The notes beneath the pieces were generated by a model. It saw nothing but the letters and a program-made list of their open reading frames with translations. It did not search any database and was not told the origin of the DNA. 64,000 nt of DNA, from positions 682,001-746,000 of the forward strand of contig CDROCS010000506.1 of assembly GCA_977020255.1 (NCBI GenBank), written 5' to 3'. This stretch comes from Obrimoposthia wandeli. Lineage: Eukaryota. Made by a program: the position numbers and the translations under genes. This document shows, piece by piece, positions 1-10,038 of the stretch. Each line of letters starts with the position of its first letter. Within the stretch, counting starts at the first letter, position 1.

Positions 1-593
1 TTGACTGATTTCATCGACTTGGCTCACAACTTAATTTACACCGATAATTAATGCAAGCAAGTCCATTAACATTTTACAAACATAAGGCCCTTTAGCACAC
101 AGAATAAGCTCTTTAGTTTTACTTTAAAATCAACAATCTAATTTAAAACATCAAATAAAGTAACGTATAACATCAAAATAATTAACAAACAAAGAAAAAA
201 CAAATAAAAATGAACTAAATATCACTTAGCTTGTAAACTGCAGCATAACTGTGAGTAGGTTAACATTTACTGCTTTAAACCTGATTGAACCAAACAGCAC
301 ATAACACTAACTTTCAAAGCGACTTAGTGATAAATCTAGAACATTGTACTTATCAAGCGCATTTAACTTAATTTACAATGTAAAATATAGTCAAATAGAC
401 CTACTTTAAACCTGTCTAGACTTACCAATTCCGATTAATTCGATAGCCACATGAGTCTATTGATTCATCGAACGCATAGCTTTAATGCCAATCGACGCAC
501 AATTAACATTCTGATTACAATTAACGTGACAATCTGACGAAATTGAGTAGACTCTTTGTTCTATTTATCATAAACAATAATTATTGAGGCGTT

Positions 594-1142
594 ATGATCA
601 GTGAGTTGATTCGTTGTTTTTATCTTCGTAATAAGCAAACTAACCCAAAAGGTTTTTTTGATACCATCACCCGTTCTTTTCGAGTCGGCTTTCGCCATAT
701 CGATTTTAACTTGCATATAAACAATGCGAAATATCTGATGTTTCTTGAGAAAGCGCGTTGGGATCATGCGATTCAAACCAATACATTCAATCCATTGTTG
801 AAGCATAAGTTAAACTTCATCGTTGCCGGTGTTGAGGTGGGTTATATTCGCGAGATAGGTTTATTTAAAAAATTCGATGTCGAAACGACTTACTTAGGTT
901 GGGATGAAAAATACTTTTATTTGGAACAAAAATGCGTCGTCAATGGCAAGTTATGTAACTACAGCTTAGTAAAAGCGGTTTTTGTCCAAAAAGGTAAAGT
1001 GGTTGCTCCAAACAAAGTAATGGAAATACTGCCTGTTGAACAACGCCCACAGCAATTACCAGAACATATGCAGATATGGAAGGATCTTGGTATAGCTAAG
1101 CGTAACTTCACCACCAGCGAGCCAGTAGATAAAGCCGCTTAG
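594..1142 (+). CDS. Acyl-CoA thioesterase, hotdog fold (4HBT/THEM6-like)
   Basis: 182 aa ORF; motif HIDFNLHINNAKYL matches the D-x-N-x-H-x-N-N-x-x-Y thioesterase signature; GWDEKYFYLEQ typical of the family. Confidence 0.8.
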   Translation: MISELIRCFYLRNKQTNPKGFFDTITRSFRVGFRHIDFNLHINNAKYLMFLEKARWDHAIQTNTFNPLLKHKLNFIVAGVEVGYIREIGLFKKFDVETTYLGWDEKYFYLEQKCVVNGKLCNYSLVKAVFVQKGKVVAPNKVMEILPVEQRPQQLPEHMQIWKDLGIAKRNFTTSEPVDKAA

Positions 1143-1172
1143 CAAACCAAAAGCTATTTAAGCCGCGTTACA

Positions 1173-2093
1173 TTAAGCGACGCCATGACCTTTAGATGCA
1201 ACCCAGATGCGATACCACTGCTGGTTGTTCATAACCAGTTCTGTCGCTGCAACAGCACTACGTACGCGTTCAATGTTACCACTGCCGATAATAGGTAGTG
1301 GTTTTGATGGTAGTTTTAATATCCATGCAAAGACAACCTGATCAATCGACTGAGCGCCAATTTCCTGTTTAATCGCTTCCAACGTAGTGAGTAAACGCTG
1401 CATACCTTCTGAATCAGTATTAAATAAGCTGCCACCAGCCAAACATGACCATGCCATTGGTCGGATCGCTAATTGCTGTAGCTGATCCAAGGTTCCATCT
1501 TCAGTCACGCCGAGATTAACCGGGTTTATTTCAACTTGATTTGTCACTAATGGACTGCCCCAACGAGATTGCAACAACGCAAACTGCGAGGGAGTAAAAT
1601 TAGATACACCCAAGTGCTTAATCTTACCTTGATGCTTTAACAGTTCAGCAGCTTGAGCAACATCATCAGCGTCCATCAAAAGGTCGGGACGATGTATTAA
1701 TAACACATCCAATTGTTCGACACAGAGGCGCTGCAAAGAAGTATCCACCGAATGAATAATACTGCTTTGTGAACTGTTGTAATGGTTAACATGGTGATTA
1801 GGTGCATCGCTGTGCATAACCTCAATACCACATTTAGAAATAATTTCGATGCTATCTCTCATCTGCGGGTCAAGTTTAAGCGCTTCACCAAATAAGGTTT
1901 CACACGGTGCTTGTGCAGAACCGTACACATGAGCGTGATCCACCGTTGTGATACCCAGTTCGACATGCTGCTTTAAAAAGGTCAAACGAGCTTGTGGATC
2001 CATGCCCCACTCGCCCATCCGCCAATAGCCTTGTACTAAAGATGAAAGTTCAGGGCCTTCAAGTGCCATTTTAACGCGAGATACACCAGTCAT
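1173..2093 (-). CDS. ydhF: Aldo/keto reductase family oxidoreductase, YdhF-like
   Basis: 306 aa; GYWR, GITTVDHAHVYG, LLIHRPD, GVSNF, NQVE and C-terminal QQWYRIWVASKGHGV resemble E. coli YdhF. Confidence 0.88.
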   Translation of the reverse strand: MTGVSRVKMALEGPELSSLVQGYWRMGEWGMDPQARLTFLKQHVELGITTVDHAHVYGSAQAPCETLFGEALKLDPQMRDSIEIISKCGIEVMHSDAPNHHVNHYNSSQSSIIHSVDTSLQRLCVEQLDVLLIHRPDLLMDADDVAQAAELLKHQGKIKHLGVSNFTPSQFALLQSRWGSPLVTNQVEINPVNLGVTEDGTLDQLQQLAIRPMAWSCLAGGSLFNTDSEGMQRLLTTLEAIKQEIGAQSIDQVVFAWILKLPSKPLPIIGSGNIERVRSAVAATELVMNNQQWYRIWVASKGHGVA

Positions 2094-2307
2094 AATTTTC
2101 CTTATTGAACAAATAAGCTTAATAGAAAGATAAGTTTAAGATGGATTTAAAAATTGAATTAAATAGATTTAAGATAAATTATTTTTAATCGGAATACGCT
2201 TCAACAACTCGCAAGATTACGATTTGATACATAACGATGCTATTTCTGTGAATGAACTAGCAGTTTTATCTACCTAAAAACAAGTAATAACACGTCTTTG
2301 CTATGCT

Positions 2308-2370
2308 GCATTAACATCTAGGACACCTGTATTAACATCACGCACAGTTGTATTAACCTCACGCACAATT
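2308..2370. repeat. Three tandem 21-bp direct repeats upstream of ggt
   Basis: gcattaacatctaggacacct / gtattaacatcacgcacagtt / gtattaacctcacgcacaatt at 2308, 2329, 2350. Confidence 0.85.
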
Positions 2371-2406
2371 ATATTGGCATTTCAAACAATGAAATAGGGA
2401 ATATTC

Positions 2407-4209
2407 ATGTTAACGACACACCTTATGAAAGGACTTAGCTTTGGCCTTATTAGCTGCATCAGCTTAACGTTACCAACGGCGATGGCTAAGACCACCAGCG
2501 AGACTGTTATAAACGCAACTCTTGTAAACGAGACCGTCGCGAAACTCAAACCGTCTAGCAGTGCTATTTACAGTCAAATGGCCATTCATCACCCCGTTTG
2601 GGCAGCCAATGGCATGGTTGCTAGTCAAGAAGCACTGGCGACTAAAATTGGTGTCGATATCATGCAACGAGGCGGTAATGCCATTGACGCAGCTGTCGCC
2701 GTTGGTTACGCATTAGCAGTTACCTTACCGCGAGCAGGTAATCTCGGTGGCGGTGGTTTCATGCTGGTTTATTTAGCAGATGAGCAACGATCTATTGCTA
2801 TTGATTATCGTGAAGTCGCGCCACAAACAGCGTCTGCAGACATGTTTTTAGATAAAAATGGCGACCCAGATAACACCTTATCGCGCTTTCATGGCCTTGC
2901 TGTTGGTGTACCAGGGACTGTTCTTGGCTTTGAGCTAGCGTTAGAAAAGTATGGCACGATGTCATTAGCGCAAGTGATCGCGCCAGCAATTAAATTAGCC
3001 AGTGATGGTATTGTCGTTACCCCAGATCTAGCTAATTCACTTAGCGCAACACAGAAACGTTTAAGCCAATGGCCAAGTACCCAAGCTATCTTCTATAAAG
3101 CGGATGGTAGCAGATACCAACCCGGTGAAATATTAAAGCAAACCGATCTCGCCAAAACATTAACAGCCATCGCTAAAAAAGGCAGTACTGCATTCTATCA
3201 AGGGCCTATAGCCAAGCAAATTAGTGACTCTGTACGTGATGCTGGCGGCATAATGACGATGCAAGATCTCGCCAGCTATAAAGCCATAGAACGACAGCCA
3301 GTTACTGGTGACTATCGTGGTTATCAAGTAGTGTCTATGCCACCACCTTCTTCAGGTGGCGTCCACATAATACAAATGCTGAATATGCTCTCGCAATACC
3401 CTATCGACAAAATGGGCCATAATAGTGCTGCAACAATCCATGTCATGGCAGAATCAATGCGCCGAGCCTATGCCGACCGCAGTTTGTATTTAGGTGATCC
3501 TGACTTTGTAAGCGTCCCCGTTGCAGCCCTGACTAACAAAAAATATGCAGAACAGTTAGCCAGTCAAATCAACCCAGCCAAAGCAACACCAAGCAGTGAA
3601 GTATCACCAGGTACCTTATTACCATACGAAAGTAATCAAACCACCCATTACAGCGTGGTTGATAAATGGGGTAATGCAGTCAGTAATACTTACACCCTCA
3701 ACTTCAGCTATGGTTCTGGACTTGTTGCTAATGGCACAGGGGTGTTACTCAATAATGAAATGGATGATTTTTCTGCCAAGCCAGGTGTCCCCAATGCTTA
3801 CGGGCTTATCGGTGGTAAAGCCAATGCCGTCGCAGCGAAAAAGCGCCCGTTAAGCTCAATGACCCCGACTATCGTGTTAAAAGATAACAAGCCTTACTTA
3901 GTCACAGGGAGTCCAGGTGGTTCGCGTATCATTACCACTACATTACAAGTGATCATGAACGTCATTGACCATGATATGAATATAGCCGAGGCAAGCGCTG
4001 CACCGCGTTTTCATCATCAATGGTTACCAGACATGATCCGTATCGAGAAAGGGTTGAATATCGATACGATTAACTTATTGGAGAGTAAAGGACACAAGGT
4101 TGAAGTCAAAGCCGCGATGGGCAGTACTCAAACCATCATGTTAACAGATGAAGGGGTTTACGGCGCGTCAGATCCACGCCGACCAAGTGCACTTAGCCTT
4201 GGTTATTAA
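2407..4209 (+). CDS. ggt: Gamma-glutamyltransferase (periplasmic, signal peptide)
   Basis: 600 aa; GGNAIDAAVA, GNLGGGGF, IDYRE, autocleavage/nucleophile QTTHYSVVD, LNNEMDDF, PLSSMTP, GSPGG. Confidence 0.96.
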   Translation: MLTTHLMKGLSFGLISCISLTLPTAMAKTTSETVINATLVNETVAKLKPSSSAIYSQMAIHHPVWAANGMVASQEALATKIGVDIMQRGGNAIDAAVAVGYALAVTLPRAGNLGGGGFMLVYLADEQRSIAIDYREVAPQTASADMFLDKNGDPDNTLSRFHGLAVGVPGTVLGFELALEKYGTMSLAQVIAPAIKLASDGIVVTPDLANSLSATQKRLSQWPSTQAIFYKADGSRYQPGEILKQTDLAKTLTAIAKKGSTAFYQGPIAKQISDSVRDAGGIMTMQDLASYKAIERQPVTGDYRGYQVVSMPPPSSGGVHIIQMLNMLSQYPIDKMGHNSAATIHVMAESMRRAYADRSLYLGDPDFVSVPVAALTNKKYAEQLASQINPAKATPSSEVSPGTLLPYESNQTTHYSVVDKWGNAVSNTYTLNFSYGSGLVANGTGVLLNNEMDDFSAKPGVPNAYGLIGGKANAVAAKKRPLSSMTPTIVLKDNKPYLVTGSPGGSRIITTTLQVIMNVIDHDMNIAEASAAPRFHHQWLPDMIRIEKGLNIDTINLLESKGHKVEVKAAMGSTQTIMLTDEGVYGASDPRRPSALSLGY

Positions 4210-4224
4210 AGCCTTGGTTATTAA
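4195..4224. repeat. Exact tandem duplication of the last 15 bp of ggt, including the stop codon
   Basis: agccttggttattaa at 4195-4209 and 4210-4224. Confidence 0.9.
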
Positions 4225-4225
4225 T

Positions 4226-4266
4226 AAAGAAGGGACGTGATACTTAACGTATGACGTCCCTTCTTT
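4226..4266. terminator. Bidirectional intrinsic terminator between convergent ggt and barrel gene
   Basis: 13-bp stem aaagaagggacgt / acgtcccttcttt with A/T-rich flanks. Confidence 0.75.
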
Positions 4267-4294
4267 CTATTTATTTTTTTAGTGCTAGTGCTAG

Positions 4295-5317
4295 TTAAAA
4301 ATTGTAACTCATACCAACAGAAACAAAGTTCGTCGTACTATCATAAAAATCGATATTGGCATCAATATCTTTATTTTGATAGATCACGTTTAAATTACTG
4401 TCTTCAATATTAAACGGTTGGTCGTATGAATAGATTAATGAATAACGCGTCGCATCTTGTTCTTGTGTTTGTCCAAAAATTGGATTTTCTGCACTATATT
4501 CACGATCACTAAATGCGGCTTGTACTGACAAGAAATGACGTTCATATTTTGTCATGATGCTCACACTATAATGTAATTCATCATAGCTTTGGCTCTCGCC
4601 TTTCGCATCTTGATTGGCATAATACACATTCGCTTTAGCAAACGTACCTTTCCACATAGGAATAAGACTCTCTAGACTCAAGCGCTGATAATCACTATCT
4701 CGTTTAAGTTCATCTTGTTGCTCTGCAGTACAAGCTTGACCATTACAACCATTTTTAGCACCGCTTTGATCGTCTTCAATATCATACGATGCATAAGCGT
4801 ATTCAATTTGCACAGGCATAAATTTATAAGCTACGCGAACAGCGGTTGAATCTATGTCTGTTTTTTCTCTTTCAGCGCCAACTAAGAAAGGATCAGACCA
4901 AGTTTCTTTTAAAAACGGCACATGCGGAATATAGGCAAGCGTCATACTCTGGCGTTTATCAAATTTATGCGTCACACCCAGTTCGTACTGTATCGCGCTA
5001 TCTAAAATATTTTGCGGGCTCTGACCTAAAAAGTATTGAGTCTGTAAATCTTCCGTTGTATAAGCCAGACGGAAAAATGGAAATAACAATCCAGTTGAAA
5101 TTTCCTCACCAGCGTTACTGAGATCATCGGTTTGGGCATTATCATCATCGGTATTAAATTGGCCATCTGAATCACTAAAGCCGGCATTGATACCGATAGT
5201 GCCAGAAAAACCGGGGCTTTTTGCTAAGGGTTTCGCTATTGCCACACTACTAAAGCCAAGTAAACTGCTGGTTAATAATAGCGGCAGTGCAAGTAAACTG
5301 TGCTTTCTAGATATCAT
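4295..5317 (-). CDS. Outer-membrane beta-barrel protein, DUF2860-like
   Basis: Start moved from 5431 to ATG 5317 (GGAG RBS, then signal peptide MISRKHSLLALPLLL...AIA); alternating aromatic strands and C-terminal ...VGMSYNF; family call from memory of Vibrio proteins. Confidence 0.65.
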   Translation of the reverse strand: MISRKHSLLALPLLLTSSLLGFSSVAIAKPLAKSPGFSGTIGINAGFSDSDGQFNTDDDNAQTDDLSNAGEEISTGLLFPFFRLAYTTEDLQTQYFLGQSPQNILDSAIQYELGVTHKFDKRQSMTLAYIPHVPFLKETWSDPFLVGAEREKTDIDSTAVRVAYKFMPVQIEYAYASYDIEDDQSGAKNGCNGQACTAEQQDELKRDSDYQRLSLESLIPMWKGTFAKANVYYANQDAKGESQSYDELHYSVSIMTKYERHFLSVQAAFSDREYSAENPIFGQTQEQDATRYSLIYSYDQPFNIEDSNLNVIYQNKDIDANIDFYDSTTNFVSVGMSYNF

Positions 5318-5616
5318 GTAAAAATAGCTCCAATAGTTAGTCCATAAACAAGAACGTCGATCATTCTTGATCAATATCAAATTAGTCACGAAATAATAAC
5401 ACAAAGATCCTAATATAATACGCTTAATCACATTCCCGTCCGTTATCGGTCAATAATGGGGAAATAGCATATATCTCAGTGAGAACAACCAGAATAACTA
5501 AATAAACACTGAAATAATTTGTTTTATATTATAAGCTTAGACCAGAAAATTAATAAAATACACACTTTAGACACTAAGCTGTTGAATACCAGTATAAAGA
5601 TCTATTTCAATAAAGG

Positions 5617-6201
5617 ATGATTGAAAATCATATGCACAAAATTCTCGTTATATTCGCCCATCCTGCATTACAAAAATCAATTGCACATAAATCATTATTC
5701 AATGAAATTCAAAACATTGAAGGCATTACTTGCCACGATCTTTACGATACCTATCCCGATTCATTTATCGATATTAAGCACGAACAAGCCTTATTGCTCA
5801 ATCACGACATCATCGTCTTACAATTTCCACTTTACTGGTATTCCTGCCCTGCAATTTTAAAAGAATGGCAAGATCTGGTACTAGAGCATGGTTTTGCTTA
5901 TGGTGAAAACGGCGATAAACTGGTGGGTAAAAAAATCATGCTCGCGATCTCAACTGGTGGCAGTGCCAATTCATACTCGACGACAGGTTACAACGAACAC
6001 GATATTAGCCAGTTTTTACTGCCTTTTAGCCAAATGAGTAAGTTATGTAATCTAGAATACCTCCCCCCCTTTGTCGTGCATGATATTCATAAGCGCCACG
6101 ACGCAGAGCGCATAACCGATAAAACCAACCAATATCGCCAATTGTTATTAAAGTTACAACAAACTGATGACGCAGCCACCACAGACATGGAGAGTAACTA
6201 A
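5617..6201 (+). CDS. kefG: Glutathione-regulated K+ efflux ancillary protein (flavodoxin-like NAD(P)H oxidoreductase), KefG/KefF
   Basis: FAHP, DLYDTYPDSFIDIKHEQALL, FPLYWYSCPAILKEW; sits 2 nt upstream of a KefB/C antiporter; start may be 5632. Confidence 0.82.
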   Translation: MIENHMHKILVIFAHPALQKSIAHKSLFNEIQNIEGITCHDLYDTYPDSFIDIKHEQALLLNHDIIVLQFPLYWYSCPAILKEWQDLVLEHGFAYGENGDKLVGKKIMLAISTGGSANSYSTTGYNEHDISQFLLPFSQMSKLCNLEYLPPFVVHDIHKRHDAERITDKTNQYRQLLLKLQQTDDAATTDMESN

Positions 6202-6203
6202 TA

Positions 6204-8132
6204 ATGGAACACGGCGTATTATTTAATATCTTCATCTACCTTGCTGCGGGTGTAGTCGCAGTGCCGATCGCCAAACGTTTGGGACTCGGTTCGGTACTGG
6301 GTTATTTAATTGCAGGCGTCATCGTCGGCCCTTATGCACTCAGCTTGATATCGAACCAAGAAGACGTAATGCACGTGGCTGAATTTGGTGTGGTAATGAT
6401 GTTGTTCTTGGTCGGTTTAGAGCTAAGACCTGCATTATTGTGGCAACTTAAAATGCCTATTCTCGGCACAGGTGGCTTACAGCTTTGTGCTACGACGTTA
6501 TGCATCTTCTTAATACTGCTTGCTTGTGGTCTTGCATGGCAAACCGCGCTCGCCATAGGCTTGATTGTGGCATTGTCTTCCACTGCCATCGTGTTACAGA
6601 ACTTACAAGAACGTGAATTAATGAAAACTGAGGCAGGTAAAAATGCCTTTGCGGTATTACTATTTCAAGATATCGCCGTGATCCCGATTCTGTCTCTATT
6701 ACCGCTATTGGTAATACAAGACACCGCGATCGTTGAGTCGACAACATCAGGTTGGCTCAGTGCGTTAATGATTGCCGGTGTGATCGCAGGCATTATTATC
6801 GGCGGTCACTTCCTCGTGGTGCCATTATTACGTGTTATTGCCAGTTCACGTTCACGTGAAATCTTTATTGCGACGGCACTCGCCTTGGTTGTTGGTATTG
6901 CACTCGCGATGGAAGCGGTAGGTTTATCAGCAGCACTCGGTACCTTCTTAGCGGGCGTGGTATTGGCTGACAGTGAGTATCGCCACGAATTAGAAAGTGA
7001 TATAGAACCGTTTAAGAGCTTATTGCTCGGTATTTTCTTTATCTCGGTCGGTGCCAGCATTGATTTTACCTTATTACTTGATCAACCAATATTAGTTGCC
7101 ATGTTGGTGACAGGCCTTATTGCCGTTAAATTCATCGTGCTGTTTATCACCGGTATTGTCTTTAAGATACAACGCAGCCAAAATTGGCTATTCTCATGCG
7201 CTTTGGCACAAGGTGGTGAGTTTGCTTTTGTACTGACTTCCTTCGCATTACAACGCCAAGTACTTGATAATGAAATCGCCAGTTTATTGGTATTAGTGGT
7301 GACACTATCAATGGTGTTCACTCCATTACTATTGATTATTAACGATAAGATCATAGCGCCGACATTTAAACGAAAACTGCCACAGAGTGAAAACGAAGAT
7401 AAAGCGGCACCTGAACATCAGATCCCCGATGATACCGACAGCTCAGTAATTATTGCCGGTTTTGGTGGTTTTGGACAAGTTGTTGGCCGTTTACTGCATG
7501 GTTATCATATTAATACCACCATACTAGAAAACGATGTAGGTCAGATCGAGCTATTGCAGCAATTCAAATACAAGGTATTTTATGGCGATGCCGAACAGCT
7601 TAATTTATTACACGCTGCTGGGGCGGATAATGCCAAACTGTTTATTATTGCCGTTGAAAGTGCCAGTCGCACCAAACGTATTTTAATTCAAGTGAAGAAA
7701 CACTTTCCGCATTTGAACGTATTAGTACGAGCCACTGACCGTAATCACGCCCAACAATTAATTCGTTTAGGTGCTGACCACGTATTTCGCGAGTCTCTCG
7801 ATTCTGGTATTAGCTTAGGGGTGGAAACGTTAAAAGCCCTCGGCATGCGAGCGAACCAGGCTCACCGTGCAGGACAAGTATTCCGTCGTCACGATGAAGC
7901 CGTTTTACATGAAGAAGCTAAACGTATTCACGAACAAGAACCGGAATTTGTTAATCGTAGTCTGACAGAACGCAGAATATTGAAAAAGCTACTGGGCTTG
8001 GATGCATTAACTTATTACGACAACTTAAATGACGCTTGGTCCACAGAGGCGCACAGCAATGAAGACAAGAATACTGTCGGTAACCTAGCGGCTGCGCACA
8101 AGCATAATAAAGCAACCGGTGAGCAAAGCTAA
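6204..8132 (+). CDS. kefB: Glutathione-gated K+/H+ antiporter (CPA2 + KTN domain), KefB/KefC
   Basis: 642 aa; LGLGSVLGYL, LSSTAIVLQ, LLFQD, SEYRHELESDIEPFK, KTN Rossmann AGFGGFGQVVGRLL, VFYGDA; KefB vs KefC not resolvable by eye. Confidence 0.88.
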   Translation: MEHGVLFNIFIYLAAGVVAVPIAKRLGLGSVLGYLIAGVIVGPYALSLISNQEDVMHVAEFGVVMMLFLVGLELRPALLWQLKMPILGTGGLQLCATTLCIFLILLACGLAWQTALAIGLIVALSSTAIVLQNLQERELMKTEAGKNAFAVLLFQDIAVIPILSLLPLLVIQDTAIVESTTSGWLSALMIAGVIAGIIIGGHFLVVPLLRVIASSRSREIFIATALALVVGIALAMEAVGLSAALGTFLAGVVLADSEYRHELESDIEPFKSLLLGIFFISVGASIDFTLLLDQPILVAMLVTGLIAVKFIVLFITGIVFKIQRSQNWLFSCALAQGGEFAFVLTSFALQRQVLDNEIASLLVLVVTLSMVFTPLLLIINDKIIAPTFKRKLPQSENEDKAAPEHQIPDDTDSSVIIAGFGGFGQVVGRLLHGYHINTTILENDVGQIELLQQFKYKVFYGDAEQLNLLHAAGADNAKLFIIAVESASRTKRILIQVKKHFPHLNVLVRATDRNHAQQLIRLGADHVFRESLDSGISLGVETLKALGMRANQAHRAGQVFRRHDEAVLHEEAKRIHEQEPEFVNRSLTERRILKKLLGLDALTYYDNLNDAWSTEAHSNEDKNTVGNLAAAHKHNKATGEQS

Positions 8133-8221
8133 CGACACACTACCTCACATTTAATAATGTAATACATGATAAGTAGTTAATTGATCAGTAGATAATAAAT
8201 AAGTAGGTAAGTTGGCTAGTT

Positions 8222-8245
8222 GGTAAATAGGTAAATAGGTAAATA
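8222..8245. repeat. Tandem 8-mer (ggtaaata)x3
   Basis: ggtaaataggtaaataggtaaata. Confidence 0.85.
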
Positions 8246-8248
8246 GAA

Positions 8249-8294
8249 CAACGGCGCGTGATAATAACAATTAAGTTACTATCACGCGCCGTTG
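8249..8294. terminator. Hairpin/terminator between convergent kefB and mipA-like gene
   Basis: 15-bp perfect stem caacggcgcgtgata / tatcacgcgccgttg. Confidence 0.7.
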
Positions 8295-8348
8295 CTGTTT
8301 TCGATATTTGGTTGTAAAAGTCCGCTTAAAAAACGGCTTTAGACTCGG

Positions 8349-9806
8349 TTAAAAGTGCCACTGTATATAAATTGTTTGATAATTACTGCCACCTTTAATA
8401 CGGCCAAACACGGAACTGCTTTCGAAAATACCCGAGCGATGATGGATGCTATAACCCAACCATGTTTTCGCTAACGCTTTATTATTAAAAATATCACCGA
8501 CATTCACATCCAATGAAAAATCCAGATAGTTAAGTAGTTTAGAGCTGTTTTCATAATCACGCTTACCGTCTTCATCCTCAAAATCCTTACCTTCGATATA
8601 AGTGACTTTAGATACATAAGATAAACCTTCAGCAAGACCTACACGCCAGCGAGGACCAAATTCGAAAGTATAAAAAGCCTTTATCGCAATGATCGCTTCG
8701 GCAATGTCATTCTGTACATCGGAATTGTAATGCCACACCAAGCCAGGAGTGAAGTAAAGGTCAATCGGCAGGCTAAATAAGCTATCTGCAACTTGGGTAC
8801 CATAAAAAGCCGAACTCATTTGGTTATTTTCAGCATCACGCTCGGTGTTGAATTTTAATATGTCGCCAATGTTCGATGGCGTTGCCCAGCCATGTGCAAG
8901 TCGTAAATATTCATCATTACTGTCTTTTTTAGCTGTTTTTATAAACGGCTTATCTGGGTCTGGATAAAACGCAACACCAACGAAAGATTCCATTTGATAA
9001 TTCTTTTCTACGGACTCTAAATCATAAACATTGTTTTCTAAACGCGTGACGCCAAATTGACCAATTAAGTGTAGATTACTGGTGACATGGTAAGCCCCTT
9101 TAACGCCACCGCTAACAGACACGCCAGCACCCGCTTCTTCCTGGTCAAAACCGTAGTAATGATCATTGAAATCAGCGCTCTTCCACTTTAATTCAGCGAA
9201 AGGCGTTAATGTCCAACTTGCATTACCCCAGCTATATTGCGTTCTCGTAAAGCCATACACACGTTTGTAATCGTCAGATAATACAGCAACATCGTGTTTC
9301 CATGGTCCATCAAAATAGCGGTACTGCAAGCCAAAATCAAAAGACTGTCCTAATACTTCATTCTGAAATTCTTTCGGAATGTCATGAAATCGAAAACGGC
9401 TGTATACATTAATTTGATGATCGGCATTTTTCCATAAATGGATGCCACCTTCTAAACCGTTAATAAAACCATAGTCATTTTTAAAGCGAATTAGCGGTAA
9501 AATATCATAGACTTCAGTGTCGTCACTTACGTCAGAAACGGCAAAAGGAATATCAGCGCGACGTACTCCGATTGCAATCCCCCACTCAGAGACAGATAAC
9601 GCCGGCTGCTCGATCTTTGATTCATCAGCCTTTACTTCGTCGCTCTTTAACACGTCAACATTTTCACCCTGTGCTGTTTCTACGGCAGGCGTCTGCTGAA
9701 CTTGAGGCAAGTTAAGGATACTTGCCACACTCTGAGCACAGGCAAAACTTGAGGATAAGCTAAAAACACACACTAAATGCATTATATGGTGAAAACGGCG
9801 TGACAT
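8349..9806 (-). CDS. MipA/OmpV-family outer-membrane protein with an extra C-terminal barrel domain
   Basis: 485 aa; signal peptide; MipA-like WGIAIGVRRADIPF, NDHYYG, YHVTSNLHLIGQFG; second ~190 aa aromatic-rich domain ending ...IYIQWHF. Confidence 0.75.
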   Translation of the reverse strand: MSRRFHHIMHLVCVFSLSSSFACAQSVASILNLPQVQQTPAVETAQGENVDVLKSDEVKADESKIEQPALSVSEWGIAIGVRRADIPFAVSDVSDDTEVYDILPLIRFKNDYGFINGLEGGIHLWKNADHQINVYSRFRFHDIPKEFQNEVLGQSFDFGLQYRYFDGPWKHDVAVLSDDYKRVYGFTRTQYSWGNASWTLTPFAELKWKSADFNDHYYGFDQEEAGAGVSVSGGVKGAYHVTSNLHLIGQFGVTRLENNVYDLESVEKNYQMESFVGVAFYPDPDKPFIKTAKKDSNDEYLRLAHGWATPSNIGDILKFNTERDAENNQMSSAFYGTQVADSLFSLPIDLYFTPGLVWHYNSDVQNDIAEAIIAIKAFYTFEFGPRWRVGLAEGLSYVSKVTYIEGKDFEDEDGKRDYENSSKLLNYLDFSLDVNVGDIFNNKALAKTWLGYSIHHRSGIFESSSVFGRIKGGSNYQTIYIQWHF

Positions 9807-10015
9807 AAATTCTCTAAATACTTAAAAGTTATCAATAGTGGTTTTAATATTACTCATAACAATAAGAAACCACAATCTAAATTACGACCTGAATCACAAT
9901 ATAACCAAGTAAATATTGACTAATTACACACATGATGAGGTGCAACCTCTAAATATTCCTTTCTAACCAGTCAACATTTAGATTTAGAATATTAATTAAC
10001 CACAAACCAACCAAG

Positions 10016-10038
10016 TTAGTAGACGACCGGTCTACTAA
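10016..10038. promoter_or_regulatory. Palindromic TetR-type operator, NemR-box-like, upstream of curA-gst
   Basis: ttagtagac-gaccg-gtctactaa (perfect 9-bp arms); core differs from the E. coli NemR box TAGACCGACTGGTCTA by one deletion and one substitution. Confidence 0.7.

Noticed and set aside
1-593. Direct repeats AACTTAATTTACA (28, 365) and CTTTAAACCTG (273, 404); possible gene at the window start
   Set aside because: Short, AT-rich and irregularly spaced, so compatible with chance; no open frame with a plausible start was found by hand.
5318-5431. N-terminal extensions in the ORF track (5431, 13634, 26982, 53971, 58234)
   Set aside because: Downstream ATGs have better RBS spacing and give clean signal peptides or family-typical N-termini.
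7450-7500. KefB KTN motif GFGGFGQ instead of GFGRFGQ as loss of glutathione gating
   Set aside because: The residues I associate with glutathione/adduct binding (GQ, GRLL Arg, the Phe before KVFYGD, D of ATD, R of FRES) are retained; one substitution is not enough to claim altered gating.
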